NCBI GenBank assembly: GCA_041661385.1
Contig: JBAZUP010000002.1
Coordinates: 14,670-78,669, forward strand
Length of the DNA: 64,000 nucleotides
DNA from: Patescibacteria group bacterium
Lineage (GTDB): Bacteria; Patescibacteriota; Patescibacteriia; Magasanikbacterales; GWA2-37-8
Reading direction: 5' to 3'
Part shown: positions 1 through 9,423 of the stretch, one piece after another
Layout: every line of letters begins with the position of its first letter
Numbering within the stretch: the first letter of the stretch is position 1
Translations under genes and position numbers: made by a program
The notes under the pieces: model-generated
Seen by the model: the letters and a program-made list of their open reading frames with translations, nothing else
Database searches by the model: none
What the model was told of the DNA's origin: nothing

Positions 1-506
1 TTATAGATTATTTTTGAACCATCCGGATATTCTAGGACCGCTTTGTCTGTTGCTTTGCTCCAAGTAACATTTTTAACATTATAAAAGACCTGACTTGATA
101 ATTCGCGCACGCTTCCGTCCGGGCCAATGCCGTAAAATTTTCCATCGGAGCCATTTTGGTATCGAACGCTGCCAGCGGTAGCTACGGAAGGAAACAAAGC
201 AAAATCTTTTGTTAGAACAGTTTCTTTTTCCGGGCGATAATAGTTACTTCCGGTTGGTCCTGGTATAACATTTGCGGTAGGTAGTCCGCCGGTTTCAGTT
301 TCGGTTCCTCCAGTACCCACAGTAGAAGTTCGGTTGCCGGCTGGGTTGAAACGGTTGTCTCCGGTTCGTTGTCCGCCGGTTGGGGGTTGATTATTTCCTG
401 TTCCAACTTCAGATTTTTTAAAAACAGAATATAGCGCCCAGCCAATCGCAATGGTAATAAAAATTAATCCGCCGATTAAAACCAATCTTTTGACAAGTGG
501 AGACAT
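1..506 (-). CDS. Hypothetical membrane-anchored protein, 3' end truncated by the window edge. It has an N-terminal TM helix, then a Gly/Thr/Pro-rich low-complexity linker, then a globular C-terminal region.
   Basis: ATG at 506-504 (minus strand). The frame stays open to position 1 with no stop, so it is absent from the ORF track. Translation MSPLVKRLVLIGGLIFITIAIGWALYSVFKK...GTGGTETETGG... was checked codon by codon. The competing 79-aa ORF 212-451 in another frame looks non-protein-like. Confidence 0.5.
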   Translation of the reverse strand, partial: MSPLVKRLVLIGGLIFITIAIGWALYSVFKKSEVGTGNNQPPTGGQRTGDNRFNPAGNRTSTVGTGGTETETGGLPTANVIPGPTGSNYYRPEKETVLTKDFALFPSVATAGSVRYQNGSDGKFYGIGPDGSVRELSSQVFYNVKNVTWSKATDKAVLEYPDGSKIIY

Positions 507-516
507 AGTTTAAAAA

Positions 517-1332
517 TTAAGCAGCTTTTTGGCCAGCCGTTGGCTCATTCGCCGCCGGCAAATTATTAAATTGAGCTTGTTGAACTAAAGATTCTTCTTG
601 GGCCTCTTGCCGTTGTTGTTCATCCTGAGCTGCCATCAGATATTGTTTCAAAGCCTTACTAACTTGTTTTGTTGCTTTGGAGACAACTTTCGACAAACGG
701 GCTAGGGGTACTTTTTCCTGAAAAACCATGAAGATTAATAACCAAAATGGCGCAATGAGTATCATGATTAAAGGGCCCACGATAAAAATTGGTAAGGATG
801 CGGTAAAGGCTTCCACCCAGGTTATGGTTGCATCGGCAATGGCCGCGCCAGATTTGGCAATTTTTAAACGACGATCGAGTTTTTTTAAAATTTTAATTCT
901 TCCTCCCAAATCGGAAACCTTAAAGGCGGACAAACTTCCTCCGATCCCGGGAATAGTTTTTAAAATTGCTGCTGTATCACCAGAAAAAAGATCGCCTTTT
1001 ATTTTGCCGGATGAGTCGTTAAGGCCGGCATTTGCAGATTGTCTCAGCATGGCTTGGTTTTGGGCCTGCTGTCTTTGAATTTGTTGTTGATTGGCAATCT
1101 CCGCTTCTTGTCCTTCCGGCACTTTATTCGGTTCGCCGCCCGTGCCACTTGGCTTATCAACAATAATATCCGCTTTGTGGATTGCGGGGTTTTGCCAGCT
1201 CGCCATTTCGGTGGCAATATCATCCTGCTGACGCGGGTTGCCAGCAGGTGGAGGGGAACTCAGATTACTTTCGTCTTCAAAGTTATCCTTTTCTGGCCCC
1301 TCATCCAAATTGTATTCTCCATCCTCCGACAT
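517..1332 (-). CDS. Hypothetical membrane protein with an acidic/Gln-rich N-terminus and one central TM segment
   Basis: 271-aa ORF with hydrophobic stretch LPIFIVGPLIMILIAPFWLLIFMVF. It is tightly packed between clpC and the next minus-strand gene, so probably in the same operon. Confidence 0.45.
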   Translation of the reverse strand: MSEDGEYNLDEGPEKDNFEDESNLSSPPPAGNPRQQDDIATEMASWQNPAIHKADIIVDKPSGTGGEPNKVPEGQEAEIANQQQIQRQQAQNQAMLRQSANAGLNDSSGKIKGDLFSGDTAAILKTIPGIGGSLSAFKVSDLGGRIKILKKLDRRLKIAKSGAAIADATITWVEAFTASLPIFIVGPLIMILIAPFWLLIFMVFQEKVPLARLSKVVSKATKQVSKALKQYLMAAQDEQQRQEAQEESLVQQAQFNNLPAANEPTAGQKAA

Positions 1333-1333
1333 A

Positions 1334-3862
1334 TTACTTCACCGATAAATTATTATCAGTTACGGAAAGCGTATAACGCTTTTTTATTTTTTTACCAAGA
1401 ATAATGTCTGACATTAGATTTTCCACTCGCTCGCGCACAAAGCGTCGTACCGCTCTCGCGCCGCTGCCTGTTTCTGGCAATTGGGAGATGACCCATTCAA
1501 GGACTTTTTCATCTGAGGTAAGCGAGGTGCTGTAATTAGTGAGTTGTTCGTTGAATTTTTTTATTTCAAGATCTGCTAAACGGGTCAGGGTCTCACGTGA
1601 AAGCGGTTTGAAGAATACTATTTTATCAAGGCGGTTGATTACTTCTGGTGAAAAATATTCTTTTAATTTTTCAGTTGCTCGTTCCTGAACATCTTTACTG
1701 TCCGTTGAATCCTTGCCGAAGCCGAAGGAAGTTTTTTTGAGATCAGCGGCGCCGTAGGAGGTGGTGAGAATAATTATTGAGTGTCGCAAAGAAACGGTTT
1801 TTCCTGTTGAGTCGGTTATTTCACCGTTTTCTAACATTTGCAAAAGCAGTTTTACGATATCGCGATGCGCTTTATCAATTTCATCAAATAGTATTACGCA
1901 GTGCGGGTTCATTTTAATTTTGTCGGTAAATTGGTTGCCTTCTTTAAAACCGATATATCCTGCCGGCGAGCCGAGTAGTTTTGAAACGCCAAAGCTTTCG
2001 TTGAATTCGCTCATGTCTAGTTTGATAAATGATTCACGACTCGAATAAAGTGTTTTGGCTAAAATTTTTGCTAGTTCGGTTTTGCCGACTCCGCTTTCAC
2101 CCACGAACATAAAAGAAGCGAGCGGCCGTTCGGGGTGGGAGAGTCCAAGTTTCGCTTGTCGAACTTGCCGGCTGACATCTTTCAAAGCTTCGTCTTGTCC
2201 GACAATATGTTCGGCAAGCATTTTTTCCAGATTATCTAGTGATGATGAATCGTCGAGAAGCAGGTCGCTTGGTTTGGTGCCGATAATTTTAGCGACTTGC
2301 AGTAAAATATCTTTTTCAGTAACAACTCCGATTAACTCAATTTTTTTATTTTTGCTTTCCAAAGCAGTTTTTTTGAGTTCAGCGCGGAGTTTGTCTTCTT
2401 CTTTTTTCATTTTTACCGCTTCATCAAATTTATCTTCTCTTGCTGCCGCTTCTTTTGCCGCCACGACAATTTCTATTTTCTGTTCAAGGCGTGAAAGTTT
2501 ACTGTCGCGCGCCGAGCTTTTTACACCGAGGCGCTTTGCTGCGGCAGTTTCGTCTAATAAATCGATTGCTTTGTCTGGTAAAAATTTGTTGGTGATATAG
2601 CGTTCAGAAAGTCGCACTGCGGCCTCAACTGCTTCATCGCTAAAACCAACCTTATGATAAAGTTCGTAGTTTTGTTTTATTCCTTTTAAAATTTTTATCG
2701 CATCTTCGGTGTTTGGTTCTTTGGCATAAACCGTTTGAAATCGGCGTTCCAAGGCGGCGTCGTGCTCGATATATTTTTTAAATTCTGCCGGAGTAGTCGC
2801 GCCTATACAGCGGAGTAGTCCGCGAGATAGTGCGGGTTTCAAAATATTTGCCGCGTCCATGGTGCCTTGGTTCGATCCGGCGCCGACAATATTATGAATC
2901 TCGTCGATAAATAAAATAATATTTGGATTGCTGGTAGCTTCTTCAATAACTTGCCGAAGGCGGGCTTCAAATTCACCTCGGTAAATAGTGCCGGCGATAA
3001 GCATGCTCATGTCGAGCGTATAGATTTTTTTATTTAACAGGATATCCGGCACTTTGCCTTCGAGAATTTTTTTAGCTAAACCTTCGACGATTGCAGTTTT
3101 GCCCACACCTGGTTCGCCAAGAAGCAGGGGGTTGTTTTTTGTGCGTCGGCAAAGAATTTGAATCACGCGTTCAATTTCGTTGTCTCTGCCAATGACCGGA
3201 TCAATATTTTTTTGTACCGCCTGATTGGTGAGGTTCGTGCCAAAAAATTCTAAAACCGATTCTTTTTTCTTGTTTACTTTGGGCGGAGTCGTAGAAAGCG
3301 GAGCAATTTCTTCTTCAAGATTAATATTTTTTTCAACATTGTCTTCAATTTTTTTCGCCACTTCTGTTATTTCAGTAAGGTGAGGGAAGTGAGTCGCATT
3401 AGAAAGCACCGTATCAAGTTGTTTCAGCAATTCTTCCATGTCAACAGCGTTTACTTGCAGCACATCGACAATCAGGGGGTCTTCGGCTTCGACAAGAGCA
3501 CTAAATAAATGCTCGGTGCCGATATAATTATGATTATTGTCTTGGGCAATGGCCATGGCTTTCTCTAAAATCGTTTTAGTGATTGGAGAAAGTGGAGTCA
3601 GAGTTTGTTCTTTTACGGTGCGGGGTGGAGTATGGAGTAAATCGGTTTTGCGCACCGGCAAACTAAGCAGGGCTTGCTCAATAGTTTTAGGTGTAATTTT
3701 TAGGCGATTAATAATTTCGGCTGCGACGGAACCATGTTCGCCAGAGACAGCAAAAAAGAGGTGGATTGGTTCAACCTCTAAATTTTTTAATTCGGCCGCA
3801 AGATGAATACTGCGGGCAAGAACATCTCGCAGGTGAGAGGAAAATCGGTCAAGTAAATTCAT
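1334..3862 (-). CDS. clpC: ATP-dependent Clp protease ATP-binding subunit, ClpC-like (two AAA+ modules, short M-domain)
   Basis: 842 aa. Clp-N repeats at the N-terminus. Walker A motifs [15 protein letters not shown] and [15 protein letters not shown]. Short coiled-coil linker (ClpC-like rather than ClpB-like). An FGF loop consistent with ClpP docking. Confidence 0.85.
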   Translation of the reverse strand: MNLLDRFSSHLRDVLARSIHLAAELKNLEVEPIHLFFAVSGEHGSVAAEIINRLKITPKTIEQALLSLPVRKTDLLHTPPRTVKEQTLTPLSPITKTILEKAMAIAQDNNHNYIGTEHLFSALVEAEDPLIVDVLQVNAVDMEELLKQLDTVLSNATHFPHLTEITEVAKKIEDNVEKNINLEEEIAPLSTTPPKVNKKKESVLEFFGTNLTNQAVQKNIDPVIGRDNEIERVIQILCRRTKNNPLLLGEPGVGKTAIVEGLAKKILEGKVPDILLNKKIYTLDMSMLIAGTIYRGEFEARLRQVIEEATSNPNIILFIDEIHNIVGAGSNQGTMDAANILKPALSRGLLRCIGATTPAEFKKYIEHDAALERRFQTVYAKEPNTEDAIKILKGIKQNYELYHKVGFSDEAVEAAVRLSERYITNKFLPDKAIDLLDETAAAKRLGVKSSARDSKLSRLEQKIEIVVAAKEAAAREDKFDEAVKMKKEEDKLRAELKKTALESKNKKIELIGVVTEKDILLQVAKIIGTKPSDLLLDDSSSLDNLEKMLAEHIVGQDEALKDVSRQVRQAKLGLSHPERPLASFMFVGESGVGKTELAKILAKTLYSSRESFIKLDMSEFNESFGVSKLLGSPAGYIGFKEGNQFTDKIKMNPHCVILFDEIDKAHRDIVKLLLQMLENGEITDSTGKTVSLRHSIIILTTSYGAADLKKTSFGFGKDSTDSKDVQERATEKLKEYFSPEVINRLDKIVFFKPLSRETLTRLADLEIKKFNEQLTNYSTSLTSDEKVLEWVISQLPETGSGARAVRRFVRERVENLMSDIILGKKIKKRYTLSVTDNNLSVK

Positions 3863-3975
3863 ATTTTGATTTGGGATTTACCCCCTTGAAATTTTCCTTA
3901 AATATGTATAGAATATTGCTGAATTATCGTCTTTATTGTACACTAATGGAGATTCTGAGTCAAAGAGAATATATT

Positions 3976-5352
3976 ATGTTATTTAGTCCAGAAATTTTTA
4001 AAGCTTACGACATTCGCGGCCTCGTCAAAGGGCAACTTTCGGAAGAACTTGCTTACCGGGTGGGACGCGCTTTTATTACTTTTTTACGCTCCGGCGGTGA
4101 CCTTAGTGACGGGCAAGCGGTGGTAGTTGGCCGTGATATGCGTGAAAGTAGTCCGATTTTGGCCGACGCAATCATGAAAGGTATTCAGGATGAAGGAGTA
4201 GACGTGGTAAATATCGGTCTTAGTACTACGCCGCTTTTTAATTTTGCCTGCGCGAATTTTCCTGAATATGCCGGTGGAATTATGGTTACTGCAAGTCATA
4301 ACCCTTCCGAATATAATGGTTTTAAAATGACCCTCGGCAACGCTTTGCCCGTCGGAAAAAACAACGGCATGGAAGCAATTCGAGACTTGGTGGAAAAAAA
4401 TGATTTTATAGGTCAGGAAAAAAAGGGTTTGATTACCACACGTGATGTTTTTAGCGAATATTTAGAAAGAATTTTTGAGTTAGTTCGCCCCGAAGGAATT
4501 AAGCCGCTCAAAATAGTTATTGATGCCGGCAATGGCATGGCGAGTGCCACCTTTCCAAGAATGCTTAAACATTTACCGGTTGAAGTGACTTATCTTTATC
4601 TTGAGCCGGATGGAACTTTTCCAAACCATGAAGCAAATCCGCTTAAAAGTGAAACCTTAAAAGAACTTCAAAAAAGAGTTGTTTTGACGGGCGCAAATTT
4701 TGGTTTTGCGCTTGATGGCGATGCTGATCGTATTGGTCTCGTTGATGAAAAAGGTAATGTGGTTGATCCGTCAATTGTCGGCGCTATCGTCGGTCTCGAA
4801 GTTTTGCGTTCACACGAAGGTGACGCCCATATGCTGTATGATTTGCGTTCTAGCATGGTAGTAAAGGAAGTTTGGGAAAAGGCCGGCGCCACAACTGAAA
4901 TGTGTATGGTTGGACATGCTTTAATTAAAAAAATGATGTCAGTAAAGAAGGCGGATTTTGCCAGCGAACTTTCCCAGCACTTATATTATGCCGACATCTA
5001 TAATCTTGAATCCACAGATTTGTCGCTACTGTATATTTTGCAGCTGCTTTCACGCGAAGGCCGGTCACTTAGTCAATTGATTCGCCCTTATCAGAAATAT
5101 TTTCATTCCGGTGAAGTTAATTTTGTTGTGGAAGATAAAAATGATATTATATCAGCAGTGAAAAAAATGTATGAATCTGACGCGGATCAAGTTTCTCATC
5201 TCGATGGTCTGTGGCTTAAAATGCCGTGGGGGATTATTAGTCTCCGCAGTAGTAATACCGAGCCGGTGCTTCGACTTAATCTTGAAGCGACTACACGCGA
5301 AGCGCTTGACTCTGAACTTTCAAGAATTAAGAAGTTAATAAGCTCCTCGTAA
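3976..5352 (+). CDS. Phosphomannomutase/phosphoglucomutase (alpha-D-phosphohexomutase family)
   Basis: TASHNPSEYNGFK active-site Ser motif and N-terminal FKAYDIRG. The ORF is open from 3766 but the upstream part overlaps divergent clpC. ATG at 3976 preceded by a TTGAAA-N17-TAGAAT promoter at about 3885-3915. Confidence 0.85.
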   Translation: MLFSPEIFKAYDIRGLVKGQLSEELAYRVGRAFITFLRSGGDLSDGQAVVVGRDMRESSPILADAIMKGIQDEGVDVVNIGLSTTPLFNFACANFPEYAGGIMVTASHNPSEYNGFKMTLGNALPVGKNNGMEAIRDLVEKNDFIGQEKKGLITTRDVFSEYLERIFELVRPEGIKPLKIVIDAGNGMASATFPRMLKHLPVEVTYLYLEPDGTFPNHEANPLKSETLKELQKRVVLTGANFGFALDGDADRIGLVDEKGNVVDPSIVGAIVGLEVLRSHEGDAHMLYDLRSSMVVKEVWEKAGATTEMCMVGHALIKKMMSVKKADFASELSQHLYYADIYNLESTDLSLLYILQLLSREGRSLSQLIRPYQKYFHSGEVNFVVEDKNDIISAVKKMYESDADQVSHLDGLWLKMPWGIISLRSSNTEPVLRLNLEATTREALDSELSRIKKLISSS

Positions 5353-5367
5353 TGAGGAGTTTTTTAT
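5344..5367 (+). terminator. Intrinsic terminator after pgm
   Basis: CTCCTCGTAATGAGGAG hairpin followed by TTTTTT. Confidence 0.6.
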
Positions 5368-5444
5368 AATAATTTAAATTGCTCTTTTTAAGGGAGGAAG
5401 AAAAAAGTTTACGCGTCGTTGACAACTTAACCAGGGAGGCACCA

Positions 5445-6134
5445 ATGCTTAGCGTCGCTTCGACCAGAAGAGAAGACAAGACAATCGCCATTTACGAGCG
5501 TGCGAAAGCCGGTATGGTGGCAATTCTATCCGGTTCTCCGGGTATCGCAAATTACGCATCGATTTGCGCCACCACGCATCTCATGATCAATTGTTCCGGT
5601 GATTGGTTGAAAGTTTTGGACAACAGCATATTCAAATTGCTTGAGTATGAAGAGCGCGTGGCGGTTTTGCCGCTTGCTCTTGGTGAAGGTATTTTGCAGG
5701 GGTGCGCCGATAATCGGCGCATGAAAAAGTTGTGTGACGAACTTGATCCGGACCAATTTAATTCGCCGGCCTGCCGGGTGTTTACATATCTCTCAGCCCT
5801 GCTTGTCGGCTCCATCGTCATCCGACCCTATTACACCTCAGAACGGGGTGAAACGGATGGGTGGCTTCGTCATGCCCTCAAGGTCAACATGCCAGACTGT
5901 TCTCCGGAAATATATCGTTCCGAACTTGCCAAGTTCGAACCATTTTTCCGGAATCCGGATACTTTCCTTGTTCCTGGGGAGGATCCGGATGAAACCGTTG
6001 TCATGAATACTTTGGTTGCTGTTCAGACAGCGCGTCTGCGGCCCGAGTGGGAGCAGCAAAAGGCATTTCGCGAACGCGTTAGAACGGCCGAAATTTTTAC
6101 GGCCATTTGTCAGCGCGGAGGGCGCGCAAACTAA
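5445..6134 (+). CDS. Hypothetical protein encoded in a GC-rich (~53% GC) islet
   Basis: ORF open from 5379. ATG at 5445 is preceded by GGGAGG. No recognisable motifs. Local GC is clearly above the ~35-40% background. Confidence 0.5.
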   Translation: MLSVASTRREDKTIAIYERAKAGMVAILSGSPGIANYASICATTHLMINCSGDWLKVLDNSIFKLLEYEERVAVLPLALGEGILQGCADNRRMKKLCDELDPDQFNSPACRVFTYLSALLVGSIVIRPYYTSERGETDGWLRHALKVNMPDCSPEIYRSELAKFEPFFRNPDTFLVPGEDPDETVVMNTLVAVQTARLRPEWEQQKAFRERVRTAEIFTAICQRGGRAN

Positions 6135-6167
6135 TTGTTTTTGCTCGTTTTTCCGCAAAAATGAGCC

Positions 6168-6200
6168 AAAACCCGCCAGTCCGCTGGCGGGTTTCTTATT
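6168..6200 (+). terminator. Intrinsic terminator
   Basis: AAACCCGCCAGTCCGCTGGCGGGTTT hairpin plus CTTATTT. Confidence 0.6.
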
Positions 6201-6226
6201 TGGCTTGAATAAGCCAAATTATACCA

Positions 6227-6255
6227 TTGACAAAAGTGCAAAAAAGGAGTATAAT
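6227..6255 (+). promoter_or_regulatory. Consensus sigma70-type promoter TTGACA-17 nt-TATAAT
   Basis: TTGACA at 6227-6232, 17-nt spacer, TATAAT at 6250-6255. It drives a ~115-nt leader and the ORF at 6373. Confidence 0.65.
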
Positions 6256-6372
6256 GTTATGTTTTGATAATTAGGGGTAGAAGTCACTTTTTCCTCTGAT
6301 TATCGAAGCAAAACGCTTTCGAGAAGTAGGCTTGTCCTACGCAGTTCTTTCCAACCCAAACCAGGAGAAACG

Positions 6373-6915
6373 ATGTCCACGTCCCATGTTTATTTGAACA
6401 TTTTTCTCGTTGTCATGTTCTTTGGTAGCCTTGCTACCGCGGTCCTCTTCCGGAGCCGTTTTACGCGCTTGCTCAGCATCGCGATCATGTTGTCGGTTAT
6501 CGTGATCGTTTTCACTGTTCGTCACGAAGACGAGCATGACCTGCTTTCCAAGTTTCAGGCTACGAGCTTCGGAACTCTAGATATTGATGAGGTCGCGAGA
6601 TCCGCGTCCGACTGCCATAGCGGCAAGCTCGCGAAGGGCACCAATCGGTGCGCTCCTGATCAATTTCGAGTTTGCCTGAGCAGTGCCGGAGTTCCGGTTA
6701 CTTTCTGGGCGGGTTCAAGATTTAGCGGAACGCGTCTAACGGGTTCCGACAAGTGCGTGCTTAGCGATCCAAGCTCAGGGGAGACGGCCGCGACCGGCGT
6801 CGGTGAAATGTTCGGCTCTTGCCGGCAGTTTACTTTTTGGGAGCTAGACGGTGTTCCCTGTTGGTGGCGTGCCCCCAATTATCTCGCGACATGGGATCGC
6901 GGCAGAATCTATTAA
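6373..6915 (+). CDS. Hypothetical membrane-anchored protein with two N-terminal TM helices and a Cys-rich C-terminal domain (GC-rich islet)
   Basis: 180 aa. RBS CAGGAGA upstream of the ATG. Hydrophobic N-terminus LNIFLVVMFFGSLATAVLF and LLSIAIMLSVIVIVFTV. Several Cys in the C-terminal half. Confidence 0.5.
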   Translation: MSTSHVYLNIFLVVMFFGSLATAVLFRSRFTRLLSIAIMLSVIVIVFTVRHEDEHDLLSKFQATSFGTLDIDEVARSASDCHSGKLAKGTNRCAPDQFRVCLSSAGVPVTFWAGSRFSGTRLTGSDKCVLSDPSSGETAATGVGEMFGSCRQFTFWELDGVPCWWRAPNYLATWDRGRIY

Positions 6916-7018
6916 GTAATAGAAAAATGGTTTGGCACGAGTTCTCCGAAGCTCGCCGCCTTACCACTTTGTTTGCAAAAAAATTGCAGATAAAGTGGTG
7001 GCGAGCTTCTAAATAATT

Positions 7019-7050
7019 TAAAAAACCACCCATTTGGGTGGTTTTTTATT
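7019..7050. terminator. Bidirectional intrinsic terminator between the convergent 6373 gene and htpX
   Basis: AAAAACCACCCATTTGGGTGGTTTTTTATTT, a perfect hairpin with A-run and T-run flanks. Confidence 0.7.
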
Positions 7051-7058
7051 TGTAAAAT

Positions 7059-7952
7059 TTAAACCGTCATCTCCCGGAGTTTTTTAATTCTTTCGTCAAG
7101 TGGAGGATGTGTGGAAAAAGCATTGGCCCAATTTTTTCCAGAGAACGGGCTCGCAAGAAAGAGGTGAGCGGTCGCTTGTGAGGCTTTTTGCATTGGTAAA
7201 TTATCTTGCTTGATTTTTTCAAGCGCATTTGCAAGCCCCTCGGGAAAGCGGGTGAGTAGTGAGCCGGAGGCATCGGCGAGATATTCGCGGCGCCTTGAAA
7301 TTGCGAGTTTAATCATTTCGGCAATAACCGGAGAAAGGATTGCAAGCACGATTCCAACAATCATAAAGATTGCCATAATTTGACCACCGCCTTCGCTGTC
7401 ACTGCGGCGGCGCGAACCCCAAAATCGGCTGCGTAAAAATATTTGCGCCATTATTGAAATTGCTCCAACTAGCACCGCGACCAAAGTCATAAAGCGAATG
7501 TCGTAATTTTGGATATGTGAAAGTTCGTGGGCGATTACTCCTTCTAGTTCTTCATTTTCCAGTTTTTGAATTGCGCCGGTGGTAATGGCAATAGAAGCCA
7601 ATTCCGGTTTCCGTCCGGTCGCAAAAGCATTGATGGCCGGGTCGTCGATAATATAGATTTTTGGAATTGGAGCGCCGGAGGCAATGCAAAGATTTTCTAC
7701 CAGGCGATAAACATATTTATTTTCTTCTTCAGAAATGGGCCGGGCACCGCTCGTCCAAAGAGCGATTTTATCACCTTGAAAATACGAAATGCTGGTAGAA
7801 AAAAAAGAAAAAATTATTGCAAACCAGACTCCCGCATAGGTGGTGTCGCCTTGCGCCATACTAAAGACATAGCTAAGGCCAATGATTATCACAATAAAAA
7901 TCATCATTAAAATTACGGATTTTCTTTTGTTGGCGGCGATTTCAGTATACAT
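7059..7952 (-). CDS. htpX: M48-family zinc metalloprotease HtpX
   Basis: HELSH (HExxH) motif, TM helices, C-terminal FSTHPPLDERI. Start taken at MYTEIA (ATG 7952-7950), 1 nt after the stop of the upstream gene; the longer ORF extends to 7991. Confidence 0.85.
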   Translation of the reverse strand: MYTEIAANKRKSVILMMIFIVIIIGLSYVFSMAQGDTTYAGVWFAIIFSFFSTSISYFQGDKIALWTSGARPISEEENKYVYRLVENLCIASGAPIPKIYIIDDPAINAFATGRKPELASIAITTGAIQKLENEELEGVIAHELSHIQNYDIRFMTLVAVLVGAISIMAQIFLRSRFWGSRRRSDSEGGGQIMAIFMIVGIVLAILSPVIAEMIKLAISRRREYLADASGSLLTRFPEGLANALEKIKQDNLPMQKASQATAHLFLASPFSGKNWANAFSTHPPLDERIKKLREMTV

Positions 7953-7953
7953 A

Positions 7954-8769
7954 TTATTTGGCAGCAGTGGTTGCAAAAAATTTCGGTACAAAATCTTTGG
8001 TTTGATGTGGCGGAAGTCCGCGTAAAATCGGAGTAAAGGTTACTGAACATCTTTTTTGTATCATACCCTTACTTCTTCCTTTAAAGCTACAGTTGAATAA
8101 ATAAGTGGTAATTATTTCACCCCGGGAATTTTCTATTTCAACTTTTTCAAAATTAGTATAGCGCAAGCTGGCTGCTACAGGCATTTGGCGGGAATTAATT
8201 TTGAGATAATCGGTAAAAACCTTAACAATTTCTTCTACTGACATTTTACAGCCGCTTTGTTCTTTTAACTCTTCAAATATTTGTTCGGCGGTTAAAGAAT
8301 AATCCAATTCTTTTTTTTCAGGCTCAGCACTTTCAGGATTTTTTGGTATCCGGTATTCATCAGAAAAAAGCGGATGTGGTTCATCATTTTCCATCATCGT
8401 TCTTACTTCTTCAACAAACTTGCTGTGTTTTTTTGCCTGTTTAGGATTTTCTTTTTTTTCCGCAACATCCGGGTCAGCTGATTCGGAATTAAGATTAACT
8501 TTTTCTGCTATCTGGTTGTGAATATAGTCCCGCTCCTTTTTGGTAAGCAGATGATCGTGTTTGATCAACTCCATGATTTGATTAAAACGATCCATTTTGA
8601 CTTGGCGATTAATTTTTGAAGTATTTTCTAAATCAACTTTGAAAAAATAGGTTTCAATAAACCGGTCAATGCGTTTATCAAATTTATCGGCAAGTTCATC
8701 TGATTCTATTGCCGCTTTGCCGATTTCTTTTGATTTTTCAGGGTTATATCCCGAATTATTCTCAGGCAT
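7954..8769 (-). CDS. Hypothetical soluble protein encoded between lemA and htpX
   Basis: 271 aa, no TM segment, charged and low-complexity in the middle. Translationally coupled to both neighbours. Confidence 0.5.
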   Translation of the reverse strand: MPENNSGYNPEKSKEIGKAAIESDELADKFDKRIDRFIETYFFKVDLENTSKINRQVKMDRFNQIMELIKHDHLLTKKERDYIHNQIAEKVNLNSESADPDVAEKKENPKQAKKHSKFVEEVRTMMENDEPHPLFSDEYRIPKNPESAEPEKKELDYSLTAEQIFEELKEQSGCKMSVEEIVKVFTDYLKINSRQMPVAASLRYTNFEKVEIENSRGEIITTYLFNCSFKGRSKGMIQKRCSVTFTPILRGLPPHQTKDFVPKFFATTAAK

Positions 8770-8772
8770 AAT

Positions 8773-9339
8773 TTAGAACTTGACTTGGACGTTTTGTTTT
8801 TCTTCTGCTACCGCGGTGAAGAAATCAAAGGCGGTAAAATGAAGAACGTTTGCAAAAATATTGGTTGGAAAAACCTGAATCTTGGTGTTGAAGTCGCGGA
8901 CATTGCCGTTGTAAAAGCGGCGAGCAGCTTGAATTTTATTTTCCGTGTCGGAAATTTCATCTTGAAGCTGAAGAAAGTTATTGCTAGCTTTGAGTTCCGG
9001 GTAGTTTTCACTGACTGCAAAAATGGTTTTAAGAGTGGAAGAAAGCTGGTTTTCGGCCTGTTCTTTTTCGGCGACAGTTGCCTTGGGGTTATTGCTCGCG
9101 GTCATGGCAGCGGTACGGGCTTCGGCGAGCTTTACCAGGGTTTCCCGTTCATGAGTCATGTAGCCTTTTACAGTTTCGACCAGATTTGGAATCAGGTCGT
9201 AGCGTCTTTTGAGCTGAACATCAATATCACTGCTTGCTTCGCTGACTCGATTTTTACTTTGGATTAGATCATTATATACGTAAATTACGTAGATAACGAT
9301 TGCCGCTAAAATTGCGACAATTACCGTAGTTGGAGTCAT
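8773..9339 (-). CDS. lemA: LemA family protein
   Basis: N-terminal TM helix plus the conserved LemA core (QLKRRYDLIPNLVETVKGY ... NYPELKA ... ARRFYNG). Confidence 0.85.
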   Translation of the reverse strand: MTPTTVIVAILAAIVIYVIYVYNDLIQSKNRVSEASSDIDVQLKRRYDLIPNLVETVKGYMTHERETLVKLAEARTAAMTASNNPKATVAEKEQAENQLSSTLKTIFAVSENYPELKASNNFLQLQDEISDTENKIQAARRFYNGNVRDFNTKIQVFPTNIFANVLHFTAFDFFTAVAEEKQNVQVKF

Positions 9340-9423
9340 ATTTTATTGCTTATTTGATTTAAGTGCCAGACTTCACATCCGGCGAAAGGTAGTATATAAT
9401 GGGATAAGTTATTTTTCAAGATT

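Noticed and set aside
212-451. 79-aa minus-strand ORF from the six-frame track
   Set aside because: Composition is not protein-like. It lies in a different frame from a much better ORF (ATG 506 running open to position 1) that has a TM helix plus linker architecture. It is kept only as part of the 1-506 partial CDS.
1761-2600. Plus-strand ORFs (95 and 181 aa) antisense to clpC. Similar antisense or alternate-frame ORFs sit inside dnaE, pheT, infB, leuS, groEL, nusA and elsewhere.
   Set aside because: They lie entirely within well-supported genes on the opposite strand or in another frame. They have Ser/Arg/Leu-biased composition typical of antisense frames and no RBS.
3766-3975. N-terminal 70-codon extension of the phosphohexomutase ORF
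   Set aside because: It overlaps the divergent clpC start and a good promoter. Conserved mutase N-terminus begins at MLFSPEIFKAYDIRG (ATG 3976).
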